A stretch of DNA of 64,000 nucleotides from Bacteroidia bacterium (GTDB taxonomy: Bacteria; Bacteroidota; Bacteroidia; B-17B0; Aurantibacillaceae), in NCBI GenBank assembly GCA_038206945.1, contig JBBRAG010000015.1:8617-72616 (forward strand). The letters are read 5' to 3'. The notes beneath the pieces were generated by a model. That model was not told where the DNA came from, searched no databases, and saw only the letters and a list, made by a program, of their open reading frames with translations. Below are positions 18,084 through 28,309 of the stretch, piece after piece (positions within the stretch are counted from its first letter, which is position 1; each line of letters starts with the position of its first letter). Made by a program: the position numbers and the translations under genes.

Positions 18084-20732
18084 ATGAAGAAAATTGTTAT
18101 TTCGTTTATATTTCTAACTTTATTAAGCTTATCCGGCAAGGCGCAAACACCTGCCGTTACACAAGATAAAGGCTCTTACAAAAAGAATTTTTTAGAAGGA
18201 AACCTTAACCTAGGGGACAACGAGTTTAAAGAAGCTTTAAAATATTTTTTATACGCGTATAAATATGATTCTACCAACGCTAACATAAATTTTAAAATAG
18301 GCTTTTGTTATCTACAGAATAACAAAAATAAACATTTGGCCGAAAAATATCTTGAAAAAGCGGTTCAAAACGTAACCAAACATTATTTTGATGATGATGC
18401 AAACTTTAAAAAAGCGCCCGTGTTAGCTTATTTTAGCTTAGGTCAATCATACCATTTAGATGGCAAGTTAGATGAGGCCTCAAAGATGTATGACACCTAC
18501 GAATCATTCATAAAAACAAATGATAAAGTAGAACACAAATTAATTCAACACTTTAAATTACAGGTTTTAAACGCTAAACGTATTTTAGGCGCGCCGCTTA
18601 ATGTTACTATTACCAATTTAGGAGATAGTATTAATAGTGAATATCCTGATTACTCGCCGGTAATAACAGCTGATGAGCAGGTTTTGTATTACACTACCCG
18701 CCGACCAAGTACAACGGGCGGAGAAAAATCTGAAGAAGACGGCAAATACTTTGAAGACATTGTTGTTTCTTATAAAGATCTAAATGGTAAATGGAGCAAG
18801 CCAACTCCTATTAGTCCGTTTATCAACACGGGTTCTAACGAAGCAACTGTAAGCTTAACTCCTGATGGGCAAACGCTTATTATTTTTAAAGGGGATGTTG
18901 GGGGTGGAGATCTTTTTTATTCTTCTTATGATGGCAAGGACTGGACCATTCCAACCAAATATGGCTCTAATATTAATACAGCATATTGGGAGCGCCACGC
19001 TTGTTTATCTCGAGACGGGCAAACATTATATTTTGTAAGCGACAGGCCTGGCGGAATGGGTGGATTTGATATTTACCGTTGTGTAAAACTACCAAATGGC
19101 CAGTGGAGTTTGGCCACAAATGTTGGCGCGCCCATTAATACCCCATATGATGAAGATGGGCCGTTTTTAGGAGCTGATGGTGTTACGTTTTACTTTGCTT
19201 CTTCGGGAGATAAATCTATGGGTGGCTTTGACATTATGTTTTCTACCATTGATGAAATGGGCAAATTTTCTGAACCAACCTCTATGGGATCTCCCATAAA
19301 CACCACAGATAATGATGTGTTTTATGTGGCTACACCCGATAATAAACGTTTCTATTTTTCATCGGCACATGAATATACAACCAAAGGCGATCAGCATGGA
19401 AAAAGTTTTGGCGACCAAGACATTTACATGGGTAATGTTGATCTGATAAAAGAAAATCCATTAGCCTTATTTCGCGGAAGATTTACCCCAGGGCCTTGTG
19501 ATAGCTTACCCGATGATCTTTTAGTTATTGTTACTTCGGCTACAAGTGGCGAAGTTATTGGTACTTACCGCCCTCAACGCCGCACGGGTACGTTTAGCGT
19601 AATTATTCCTCCCGGAAGTAAATATAACTTCTCTTACCAGCAAAACGGACAAGAACTCTCTAACGAAGAAGTATATGTACCAGCTGATATTTCTTACGAA
19701 GAGATACAAAAAGCTATCAACTTAAAACCGCTTAAAATTTGTCCGGGCAGTATAACCAGAGATACAAATTATACAAGCAAAATTGCTTTAAATATTTTAG
19801 TGCTTAATAATAAACGCGATAAAAAACCTGTTACAGGTGCAGATATTAAAGTGCTAAGCAAAGGCATAGCAGATTATACGACAAAATCTGATGAGGACGG
19901 CCATCGTAACGGCATAGCGCTTCAGGCAGAAAAAAGCTATGAAATTACCGCAACTTCTAATGGCAAAACAGCTAAACCACTTGTGTTTAATACCATTGGC
20001 ATTAAAAGTAAAACCTACGATAAAACCATCTATATTGAAAAGAATGCAGAAGATGAAATTAATTTTGATTTAGTTATCTCTGTAATGAACAGTAGCAAAC
20101 AACGCAAGCCTATTGCAGGGGCAAATATAAAAGTAACCGGTACAGATGGAACTACATTTAACGGCGTTACTGATGATAGAGGTATTGTAAACGGCATAAC
20201 CCTTAGTGCATCTACCAACTACCAAATATTAGTTGTAAAAGATGGTGTAACCAAAAAAGCGGTAGTATCTACACAAGGCTTGCGTAAAACTAAAACCATA
20301 CAAAAAACAGTTTATATTCAAGGCGCATCTGAAGTGCCTGATAATAGCGAGTTTTCAGGAGACTGCTTTAGTTTCTACTTTAAATATAATATGAATTCGG
20401 TGGATGAAACCGCGCCCGAGTACAAACAGTTTATGGATAAAATTGTTGCTATGAAGGCTGGTGGCGCAAAAATTTCTTTCCATGTAAGCGCTAGTGCATC
20501 TACCGTTCCAACGCATAAATTTAGAAACAACACAGAGCTTGCTAAAATACGAGCCAATCAAACTATAGATAAAATGAAAGGCAGTTTAAAACAACTTGGC
20601 ATTAATGAAGCTGATATAACTATTGTATCTAACAAAGCTAATGTAGGAGGTCCAGCATATAAAGGAGATAAAGATGCTAACGCTTCTACATACGAAAAAT
20701 ATCAGTTTGTAAAAGTTTGTTTATCTAAATAA
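18084..20732 (+). CDS. exported TPR + PD40 propeller + beta-sandwich repeats + atypical OmpA-like protein (PorE-like architecture)
   Basis: Signal peptide, TPRs, repeated N.G..IN....D..P....DG..LYF.S.R.GG.G..DIY, duplicated beta-sandwich, C-terminal N..LA..RA. Confidence 0.8.
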   Translation: MKKIVISFIFLTLLSLSGKAQTPAVTQDKGSYKKNFLEGNLNLGDNEFKEALKYFLYAYKYDSTNANINFKIGFCYLQNNKNKHLAEKYLEKAVQNVTKHYFDDDANFKKAPVLAYFSLGQSYHLDGKLDEASKMYDTYESFIKTNDKVEHKLIQHFKLQVLNAKRILGAPLNVTITNLGDSINSEYPDYSPVITADEQVLYYTTRRPSTTGGEKSEEDGKYFEDIVVSYKDLNGKWSKPTPISPFINTGSNEATVSLTPDGQTLIIFKGDVGGGDLFYSSYDGKDWTIPTKYGSNINTAYWERHACLSRDGQTLYFVSDRPGGMGGFDIYRCVKLPNGQWSLATNVGAPINTPYDEDGPFLGADGVTFYFASSGDKSMGGFDIMFSTIDEMGKFSEPTSMGSPINTTDNDVFYVATPDNKRFYFSSAHEYTTKGDQHGKSFGDQDIYMGNVDLIKENPLALFRGRFTPGPCDSLPDDLLVIVTSATSGEVIGTYRPQRRTGTFSVIIPPGSKYNFSYQQNGQELSNEEVYVPADISYEEIQKAINLKPLKICPGSITRDTNYTSKIALNILVLNNKRDKKPVTGADIKVLSKGIADYTTKSDEDGHRNGIALQAEKSYEITATSNGKTAKPLVFNTIGIKSKTYDKTIYIEKNAEDEINFDLVISVMNSSKQRKPIAGANIKVTGTDGTTFNGVTDDRGIVNGITLSASTNYQILVVKDGVTKKAVVSTQGLRKTKTIQKTVYIQGASEVPDNSEFSGDCFSFYFKYNMNSVDETAPEYKQFMDKIVAMKAGGAKISFHVSASASTVPTHKFRNNTELAKIRANQTIDKMKGSLKQLGINEADITIVSNKANVGGPAYKGDKDANASTYEKYQFVKVCLSK

Positions 20733-20753
20733 AACTAATTTATACCTTCCTTT

Positions 20754-20781
20754 AAAGCTCTCTTAATCGGGGAGCTTTTTT
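20754..20781 (+). terminator. intrinsic terminator between convergent genes
   Basis: AAAGCTCTC-loop-GGGAGCTTT plus T run. Confidence 0.8.
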
Positions 20782-20805
20782 ATTTTATATAACTATAAGA
20801 GAAGA

Positions 20806-22941
20806 TTACTTTTTAAAGATGCCTGTTATTTTGCCTTTTATTTTTTCGATATTTTCAGTAGCGGGTGTATTAGCTATATCGTTGAATTCACTATTGTAAG
20901 AGGCTTCCAGTACTTCGGGATATACTACTACAAAGCTTTGAAACTCTAAATTTTTGATTAGATTTTTTTGTAAATTATCTACTACAAAATTATGAGATAC
21001 CGTTTGCTTGCGCGCACTAATAATTAAAATCAAATCATCCGGATTTATTTCTTTTAAAATCAAATCTTCAATTGTTTCAAAATTTGATATCGGTATATAT
21101 TTATAATATGCACTATTTTTATCGTTGGCTACTTTTTTAAATTGCTCGGTGGTTTTATCATCTGCAAACACCATCGACCTATTACCTATTTGTTTTAAAA
21201 CACATAATATTTTTTGTGTGCTCTGCTTAAAACTTGGCTCTAATGTAGCATTTGGTGTATATACAACTATCAACCTTTTAAAGGAATGTAATGGCTGCAT
21301 TATTTTAGTAAGAAAGACAGCTTGTCGAGTTTTTTCTAATAGATTGTTATAAACCGTTCCGAATAAAAAATTAGAAGATGTATTTGTTGCCCTGTTACTT
21401 ACTACAATATGGCTAGCGCCGTATGCCTTGGCAGTACGCACAATGCCATCAACAATATTTAGGTCTACTTTTTTTAATATTTCAACTTTTGTATCAGAAG
21501 AAATAATTTGTTCTGCAATAGCATCAATGGCTTTTTTAATGGAATTTATCTTTTCGTTAGCATCATCTGCATCCTCAACAACAGTAAGCGGATAAATAGG
21601 TTCTTGTGATCTCTCATCTTTTATTAGTAAAGAAAACTCTATTAAACGCTGTAAGTTTTCGGGGTTTGCAATAGGTATTAAAATGCGTTCAACTTTCTTT
21701 TTAAGTTTTACATCAGAATCTTTTTCGGTAATAGCTATTTGACGCGCAGCGCGTTCGGTTACAAAAGAACTTACTAAACATGTAATTAAAATTAAAATTA
21801 TAGTGCCGTTAACCGCATGCTGATCTAATAAACCGATATCATACCCTACTTTAATAACAGCTAAGGTAGCTGCGGCGTGTGAGGCGCTTAAACCATAAAT
21901 AATTTTGCGTTCATATTTAGTGTATTTATAAATGAAGCCGGTAATTTGTGCGGCAAAATATTTTGTAACAAGTGCAACCCCACTTAAAACTCCTGCAAAA
22001 ATTAGTTCTTTGCTCCCTGCAAAAAACAAACGAAGATCAACCAACATACCCGCGCTTAATAAAAAGAAAGGAATGAAAAGTGTATTACCAATAAATATTA
22101 AACGATTCATTAATACAGAACTTTGTGGAATAATTCTATTAAAAGCTAAGCCCGCTAAAAATGCACCAACAATAGCTTTTACACCGGCTAGATCAGCCAC
22201 GAAAGCCGCCAGAAACATCATGGATAAAACAAATAAATACTGTGAACTACCCTGGCCTTCTAAATGCCGAAAGAACCACTTACCTAATTTTGGTAATAGA
22301 TAAAGTGTGCCTACTACCAAAACAACAATCATTAAAATTAATGTAAGCCAATAATTGCCCGAAAAATTACCTTGAGAAAGATTGGTTATTATACCCAATA
22401 AAATAAGCACGGCAGAATCAGTAATGATTGTGCCCCCAAAAGTAATTTGCACGGCACGGTTTTTTATAATGCCCATATTGCTTACAATAGGATAGGATAA
22501 AAGTGTGTGCGTAGAAAACATACTTGCCAATAATAGTGCTGCCCAAAAAGAATATTGCAACACATATATACAAACAAAAAAACCAATGGTTATTGGAATA
22601 AAAAAAGTTAAAGCGCCAAATACAATGCTCTTACTGCGATTGTGTTTAAACTCTTCCATATCCATTTCTATACCTGCCAAAAACATGATGTAGAGTAAGC
22701 CTGTATTGCTAAACAAGTCAAAGCTGGTTGATTTATCTATAAGGTGTAATGTGTTGGGACCAATAATAACGCCCGCTAATATTAAACCAATAATGCCTGG
22801 AATACGAAGACGGCGAAAAATTAAGGGCGCGAATAAAATAATTAAAAGCACCAATGAAAGAATTAAAACAGGATTGGTAAACGGAATATAGCTACCACAG
22901 AATTTTTTAAACTCGAATATAAATTGCGTAAAAAAATCCAT
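20806..22941 (-). CDS. cation:proton antiporter (CPA2) with C-terminal USP-like domain
   Basis: IPGIIGLILAG..IGP, GLLYIMFLAG.E, TIITD, GAFLAGL; C-terminal RILIPIANP. Confidence 0.9.
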   Translation of the reverse strand: MDFFTQFIFEFKKFCGSYIPFTNPVLILSLVLLIILFAPLIFRRLRIPGIIGLILAGVIIGPNTLHLIDKSTSFDLFSNTGLLYIMFLAGIEMDMEEFKHNRSKSIVFGALTFFIPITIGFFVCIYVLQYSFWAALLLASMFSTHTLLSYPIVSNMGIIKNRAVQITFGGTIITDSAVLILLGIITNLSQGNFSGNYWLTLILMIVVLVVGTLYLLPKLGKWFFRHLEGQGSSQYLFVLSMMFLAAFVADLAGVKAIVGAFLAGLAFNRIIPQSSVLMNRLIFIGNTLFIPFFLLSAGMLVDLRLFFAGSKELIFAGVLSGVALVTKYFAAQITGFIYKYTKYERKIIYGLSASHAAATLAVIKVGYDIGLLDQHAVNGTIILILITCLVSSFVTERAARQIAITEKDSDVKLKKKVERILIPIANPENLQRLIEFSLLIKDERSQEPIYPLTVVEDADDANEKINSIKKAIDAIAEQIISSDTKVEILKKVDLNIVDGIVRTAKAYGASHIVVSNRATNTSSNFLFGTVYNNLLEKTRQAVFLTKIMQPLHSFKRLIVVYTPNATLEPSFKQSTQKILCVLKQIGNRSMVFADDKTTEQFKKVANDKNSAYYKYIPISNFETIEDLILKEINPDDLILIISARKQTVSHNFVVDNLQKNLIKNLEFQSFVVVYPEVLEASYNSEFNDIANTPATENIEKIKGKITGIFKK

Positions 22942-22953
22942 AGCTGATTATGG

Positions 22954-22961
22954 CAAAGATA
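22954..22961 (-). promoter_or_regulatory. -7 box TATCTTTG
   Basis: Reverse strand, 12 nt before ATG 22941. Confidence 0.55.
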
Positions 22962-22998
22962 ATGAAAGTTGCATGTAATTTTAGGCCTGTTGTTGAAA

Positions 22999-23733
22999 TT
23001 AGCTTTTTAGTTCGCCAAAATTATATTGCTGCGTTTTTATCAGCGTACCTTGGTCGTTGTAAGATTTCCATTCGCCTTCGCGCAGATAATCGTTCTTATC
23101 TTTATAGAACCTAAGCGTACCTTCTTCTTTTAATTTGCCGTTTTCGAAAAACTCTTTATGCAGGTAAGCTTTTTTCTTTTTATCGATCAGTTCAAAAATT
23201 GTTTCAGCATACCCATTCTCAAAAAAAGAATTCCTTTTAATAAGGTAATCATTATCGCCAAAGTTTTCTTCAACCATATCAACGTTTCCGTTATGGTAAT
23301 AATCAATTTCTTTCTGTGGCGTTTTGCTATAATAATGTATCTGCGATTTTAATTTTCCATCAGGATAATAAACAATAACCTCGCTATGCCTATAATCTAT
23401 CATGCGGAAAGCGCGTTCTATTTGATCATTCTCATAAAAATTTTTGAAGGCACGTAATTCGCCATCTACATAAAAACCCTTGTGCAAAAGTTTACCGCTA
23501 GTATAATAATCTTCTTGCCAGCCTTGCGCACTATATCCCTTTTTATCATAGCGAACAGAATCTCCACCAAGGGAAGGTGCCATTTTATCAAACAAGGTAA
23601 TTCCATAAGCAGAATCTACTACATCGGCAGATCTATATTTTCTTAATTGAGGAATTTGGTCGGCATAAGTTTGCGCCCATAAAGTAGTGCCTAATAAAAA
23701 AAAGGACGCTGCAAAAAGTACTCGTGAAATCAT
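22999..23733 (-). CDS. exported MORN-variant (YwqK-like) repeat protein
   Basis: Signal peptide MISRVLFAASFFLLGTTLWA; repeated ..YY.NG.L...G.Y units. Confidence 0.75.
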   Translation of the reverse strand: MISRVLFAASFFLLGTTLWAQTYADQIPQLRKYRSADVVDSAYGITLFDKMAPSLGGDSVRYDKKGYSAQGWQEDYYTSGKLLHKGFYVDGELRAFKNFYENDQIERAFRMIDYRHSEVIVYYPDGKLKSQIHYYSKTPQKEIDYYHNGNVDMVEENFGDNDYLIKRNSFFENGYAETIFELIDKKKKAYLHKEFFENGKLKEEGTLRFYKDKNDYLREGEWKSYNDQGTLIKTQQYNFGELKS

Positions 23734-23752
23734 TTTATAAATATATAATTTT

Positions 23753-24697
23753 TTAATGAATGCCCATTTCAGATAAATAACGTTCTGCATCTAAAGCGCC
23801 CATACAGCCACTACCGGCAGCCGTAACAGCTTGGCGATAAATTTTATCCTGCGCATCGCCCACGGCAAACACACCTTTAACTTTTGTTTTGCTTGTACCC
23901 GGCGTAGTTATAAGATACCCGCTTTCATCCATATCAAGCCAGCCTTTAAAAATATCGGTATTTGGTTTATGACCAATGGCCACAAAAAAGCCGGTTACAT
24001 CTAATTTACGCTCTTGTTTTGTTTTAGTGTTATAGATAAAAGCACCATCCACCGTTTTTTCTCCCAGTATCTCTTTGGTTTCGCTATTAAACAAAACCTC
24101 AATATTAGGCGTATCAAGCACCCGTTGCTGCATGGCTTTACTGGCACGCATTTCGCTTCTGCGCACAATCATATAAACCTTTTTACAAAGTTTTGCTAAG
24201 TAAGTAGCCTCCTCGGCAGCGGTATCCCCTGCGCCAACAATAGCAACATCTTGTCCTTTAAAAAAGAAACCATCGCAAACCGCACAGGCCGAAACCCCAA
24301 AACCGTTCAATCTTTCTTCGCTTGGCATACCCAGCCATTTAGCCGAAGCGCCTGTGGCTATTATTATGGTATCGGCATGTATTTCGGTTGTTTCATCAAT
24401 CCATACTTTATGCACAGGGCCACTAAAATCAACTTTACTGGCATATCCAAAACGCACATCGGTACCAAAACGTTCTGCCTGGGTCTTAAAATCTTCCATC
24501 ATTTGCGGACCATCAACTCCTTTAGGATAGCCGGGGTAATTTTCTACTTCGGTAGTAATGGTAAGTTGCCCACCGGGTTGCATACCCGTATACATAACGG
24601 GTTTAAGTGCGGCGCGTGCGGCATAAATGGCCGCAGTATATCCGGCAGGGCCAGAACCAATAATTAAACAATCAACTTTTTCTAAAGGGTTACTCAT
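23753..24697 (-). CDS. trxB: thioredoxin reductase
   Basis: GSGPAG, CAVCDG, GAGDTA.EEA, GVFAVGD. Confidence 0.97.
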   Translation of the reverse strand: MSNPLEKVDCLIIGSGPAGYTAAIYAARAALKPVMYTGMQPGGQLTITTEVENYPGYPKGVDGPQMMEDFKTQAERFGTDVRFGYASKVDFSGPVHKVWIDETTEIHADTIIIATGASAKWLGMPSEERLNGFGVSACAVCDGFFFKGQDVAIVGAGDTAAEEATYLAKLCKKVYMIVRRSEMRASKAMQQRVLDTPNIEVLFNSETKEILGEKTVDGAFIYNTKTKQERKLDVTGFFVAIGHKPNTDIFKGWLDMDESGYLITTPGTSKTKVKGVFAVGDAQDKIYRQAVTAAGSGCMGALDAERYLSEMGIH

Positions 24698-24725
24698 ACT
24701 ATTTTCTCTTTAAATTTTGAGAGTA

Positions 24726-24773
24726 CAAATTTACTTAAAAAGGCTCGTATTTAAGTAATGTAGCTTAATTTTG
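24726..24773. promoter_or_regulatory. divergent -7 boxes for trxB (minus, 24726-24733) and uvrC (plus, 24766-24773)
   Basis: TAAATTTG on minus strand; TAATTTTG on plus strand. Confidence 0.55.
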
Positions 24774-24784
24774 AAGATATTATT

Positions 24785-26593
24785 TTGAACCTTTCCCCAC
24801 AAATAGACGCTATTTTAAAAACCCTGCCCGAAAAGCCAGGGGTATATCAATATTTTGATGTGGAGGAAAATATTTTATACGTTGGCAAGGCTAAAAATTT
24901 AAAGAAAAGGGTAACGACTTATTTTACCAAAGAACATGATAATGCACGATTGCGTATTCTTGTCCGAAAAATTGCCAACATAAAGATCATTGTAGTAAAT
25001 ACCGAATATGACGCTTTATTGCTGGAAAATAATTTAATTAAGCAATACCAGCCGCGTTATAATATTGCCTTAAAGGATGATAAAACGTATCCTTGGCTTT
25101 GTATAAAAAAAGAGCCTTACCCGAGGTTTTTTTCAACGCGTACAAAAATTAATGACGGATCCGAATATTTTGGCCCCTATGGCTCTATCTATGCCATGAA
25201 AGCAATTTTAGCTTTTATTCGGGAAACGTTTCCGTTGCGAACCTGTACGTTGGAACTGAGTAAAAAGAACATTGAGCAAAAAAAATTTCGTGCCTGTTTA
25301 GATTATCATATCGGAACGTGTAAAGGCCCTTGCATTGGCGAGCAAAACGAAACCGAATATGATGCAAACATCAAACAAATAAAAAATATTTTAAAAGGAA
25401 ATATCTCTTCGGTTATACGAGATTTTAAACAGCAAATGCACGCATACGCCGAAAGCTTTGAATTTGAAAAAGCGCAGCTGCTAAAAGAAAAGATTGCTAC
25501 GTTTGAAAAATTTCAGGCAAAATCTATGGTTGTCAGTAATACCATCCAAAACCTTGATGTGGCAGCCTTTGTGAAAGAGAATGATGTTTATTTCATTAAT
25601 TATTTTCATGTAGTGAACGGGGCCATCATCGCTTCTAAAATGCTTGAAATAAAAAGAAAGTTAGATGAAACCGACGATGAAATTTTGCTTTATGCTATCT
25701 ATGAAATAAGAACTTTATTGCAAAGTACAGCCAAAGAAATTGTAGTGCCTTTTTACCCGGATAGTGAACTGCCCGATGTTAATTTTTTTGTGCCCAAGAT
25801 GGCAGATAAAAAATTATTGCTCGACCTTTGTCAGCGTAATGCAGAACAATACCGTACAGATAAAAACAAACAACTTGCACTAACCAACCCAGAAGAGCAT
25901 ACCATACGTATTATGCAGCAAATGCAAAAAGACCTGCGTATGAAAGAAGAACCACGCCGGATAGAATGTTTTGATAACTCTAATATACAAGGTCATTTTG
26001 CGGTTAGCGCTATGACGGTTTTTATTGATGCCAAACCCGCTAAAAAAGAGTATAGACATTATAATGTAAAAACAGTAGAAGGCCCGGATGATTTTGCTAC
26101 CATGGTAGAAGTTATTTATCGACGGTATAAACGTGTATTGGAAGAAAATTTAGCTATGCCGCAGCTTATTGTAATAGATGGTGGAAAAGGGCAGTTAAGC
26201 GCAGCCATGAATAGCCTTAATAAATTAGACCTAATGGGTAAGGTTGCTATTATTGGTATTGCCAAACGTTTGGAAGAAATTTATTACCCCGGAGATCCAA
26301 TACCCATGTACCTTGATAAACGATCTGAAACATTGCGCATTATACAACAAATACGAGATGAAGCACATAGGTTTGGCATAACGCATCACCGTAAAAAACG
26401 CAGCAAAGCAACTATTACTACTGAGTTAAATAACATTAAAGGCATTAGTGATAAAACGGCGCAAAAACTTTTATCAGAATTAAAATCGGTAAAGCAAATT
26501 AAAGAAGCCTCTTTGGAAACCCTTGAAAGTAGCATTGGAAAAGCAAAAGCTAAACTGGTGTTTGATTATTTTAAGAGCGATTTAATACCCTAA
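24785..26593 (+). CDS. uvrC: excinuclease ABC subunit C
   Basis: GIY-YIG-like PGVY..YVGKAKNLKKR, IECFDNS, DGGKGQ, RDEAHRF, HhH. Confidence 0.97.
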   Translation: MNLSPQIDAILKTLPEKPGVYQYFDVEENILYVGKAKNLKKRVTTYFTKEHDNARLRILVRKIANIKIIVVNTEYDALLLENNLIKQYQPRYNIALKDDKTYPWLCIKKEPYPRFFSTRTKINDGSEYFGPYGSIYAMKAILAFIRETFPLRTCTLELSKKNIEQKKFRACLDYHIGTCKGPCIGEQNETEYDANIKQIKNILKGNISSVIRDFKQQMHAYAESFEFEKAQLLKEKIATFEKFQAKSMVVSNTIQNLDVAAFVKENDVYFINYFHVVNGAIIASKMLEIKRKLDETDDEILLYAIYEIRTLLQSTAKEIVVPFYPDSELPDVNFFVPKMADKKLLLDLCQRNAEQYRTDKNKQLALTNPEEHTIRIMQQMQKDLRMKEEPRRIECFDNSNIQGHFAVSAMTVFIDAKPAKKEYRHYNVKTVEGPDDFATMVEVIYRRYKRVLEENLAMPQLIVIDGGKGQLSAAMNSLNKLDLMGKVAIIGIAKRLEEIYYPGDPIPMYLDKRSETLRIIQQIRDEAHRFGITHHRKKRSKATITTELNNIKGISDKTAQKLLSELKSVKQIKEASLETLESSIGKAKAKLVFDYFKSDLIP

Positions 26594-26896
26594 AGGCTCT
26601 CTGCTAGTGTGGCGTATTCTTATAATACGAATTTCTTTATTTAAAGATTTTACTTGGTACGTAATTCTATAGCTATAAATTATAAATGCTCTAAACTCTT
26701 TGTAAGGATTTTCTTTTAATTTATCTATTTCAAAAATAAGTGCATTTGTTTTTATAGCACCTATTCTTACTAAAACACCTTCTTTTACAATTTTTGGAGC
26801 TTATGTATTTTGTTTGGAAAGAAAATTTAGAATTTCTTTAAAATCATCGAGCGCATTTATGCCCCAAATAATTTTAAATGAAACTTTCTTTACCAT
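26582..26896 (-). pseudogene. RelE/ParE-family toxin with in-frame TAA at codon 32 (26801-26803)
   Basis: Manual translation MVKKVSFKIIWGINALDDFKEILNFLSKQNT*APKIVKE...YSYRITY...IRIIRIRHTSREPLGY*, 104 codons; start overlaps the antitoxin stop. Confidence 0.85.
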
Positions 26897-27120
26897 TTAG
26901 CCAATTCTTTCACTACATCTTGGTGTGTTACAAAATTTCCTTTTTCAATACGGGCAACAGCTTCATTAATTTCTTTATTGTATGGTTTTTTAGAAATTCT
27001 TTTTGTTTCATTATAAATGTTTAAAAGACTTTTTGCCATTTCTAAAAGCAAGGTTTGTTGCTTAGTAGATAGTAAAGGTAAATAATCATCAAATTGTTTT
27101 TTTATTGCAGTAGCTGTCAT
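26890..27120 (-). CDS. putative antitoxin of the RelE/ParE pair
   Basis: 76 aa, C-terminal A.A.IEKG.FVTHQDV pattern, directly upstream of and overlapping the toxin. Confidence 0.7.
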   Translation of the reverse strand: MTATAIKKQFDDYLPLLSTKQQTLLLEMAKSLLNIYNETKRISKKPYNKEINEAVARIEKGNFVTHQDVVKELAKW

Positions 27121-27165
27121 GGCAAAAAATTTAATATTTAAAGGTACTAAAAAACGCTATAAAGC

Positions 27166-27483
27166 TTAGCGTTTATGTATATCTAAAATCTCTATGGACT
27201 TACCAGTCATACAGGTTGACATAGGTTGTTTTTTTGCAAGCCAATATTTTAACCAGATTTTTTGTTTATCCTTTTTAAATTCATCGGTTAATTTGCCCGC
27301 CAGTTTTGTTTTGTCTTTATCACAAAGTACTATTAAATAGCCACAATTTTCTATGGTAGAATGAATTACCTCAGCTTTTACATACCCTTCTTTAGTGTAA
27401 CATCTTTTCTTTGGTTTTTCTTGCGCGCTTATTTTAAAGGTTAAAAGAAAAGCGAGTAATAATAAGCTAATGGTGCGAAACAT
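27166..27483 (-). CDS. exported hypothetical protein
   Basis: Signal peptide ending ISA-QE; four Cys. Confidence 0.75.
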   Translation of the reverse strand: MFRTISLLLLAFLLTFKISAQEKPKKRCYTKEGYVKAEVIHSTIENCGYLIVLCDKDKTKLAGKLTDEFKKDKQKIWLKYWLAKKQPMSTCMTGKSIEILDIHKR

Positions 27484-27528
27484 ACTTTGTTTTTTAGTTG
27501 GAGTAAATTTACAAATTTTGAACGATAT

Positions 27529-27684
27529 GCGTTAGGGATGCGGCAAGAAAGCCTTTTGTATAAAGTTTTTTAGCATTTTGCAAAGCAGTAATAAAACCTA
27601 ATATTACAAAAGCTTTACTGCGGGCAGCCCGGCGGCTTATAATATTGCTTCACTTAGTGTAAATAACGAAAAGCCGTAACGCCC
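27529..27684 (-). ncRNA. structured repeat copy 2
   Basis: Plus strand GCGTTAGGGATGCGGCAAGAAAGCCTTTT..AAAAGCTTTACTGCGGGCAGCCCGGCGGCTT..AAGCCGTAACGCCC. Confidence 0.65.
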
Positions 27685-27687
27685 AAA

Positions 27688-27924
27688 TTATTTTTTAATA
27701 AAATCTTTAATAGCCAGGTAAATTCCGGCAGCAATACCTGTAAAACCAAACAATAAGGTAAAAATTGGGAGTTTGTTTTGTAAATAAGTATCTAATTTCA
27801 TTCCGGCAAAAAAACCAATTACAATGGGTACAAGCATTTGTATAGCTATCCCAGTATATTGTAACCCGCTTTTTTGAGGTTTATTAGTTTGAGGCGACGG
27901 CTTTTTTTCTAGAAGCTTGCTCAT
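27688..27924 (-). CDS. AtpZ/AtpI family membrane protein
   Basis: Y.GIA.QM..PI..G.F.G..LD......P.FTL.F...G. Confidence 0.8.
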   Translation of the reverse strand: MSKLLEKKPSPQTNKPQKSGLQYTGIAIQMLVPIVIGFFAGMKLDTYLQNKLPIFTLLFGFTGIAAGIYLAIKDFIKK

Positions 27925-28309
27925 CTGCCGTTTGCTTTATATTTTTAACTACACCACCCATGCTGCAATTACCTGTAAATTGCGCATCTGGCTCAATAGA
28001 AATTTTTCCGGTAAAAATGTCTCCATTAATTTTGCCGGTTGCACGAAGCGCTAACAATTCGTTTACATTAATTTTACCGTTCACTTCGCCCGAAACATCT
28101 GCATTTTGGCATTCAATTTCGCCTTTTATTAAGCCATTAGAACCTACAACCAATTTGCCTTTTACGTTTAAAGTGCCGTGCAAGGTGCCGTCGATCCTAA
28201 AATCTCCTTCTGTTTTAACCTCTCCGGTAATGGTAGTGCCCGCTGCAATTAAGTTAACCGATGTGCTATCGGCCGATTTGCTATTATTATTTTTAGAAAA
28301 CATATTCAT
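27884..28309 (-). CDS. bactofilin (polymer-forming cytoskeletal protein)
   Basis: I..GT.ITG....GD.RIDG...G.....GK.VVG..G.I.G.I repeats; start uncertain (28303/28309/28324). Confidence 0.9.
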   Translation of the reverse strand: MNMFSKNNNSKSADSTSVNLIAAGTTITGEVKTEGDFRIDGTLHGTLNVKGKLVVGSNGLIKGEIECQNADVSGEVNGKINVNELLALRATGKINGDIFTGKISIEPDAQFTGNCSMGGVVKNIKQTADEQASRKKAVASN

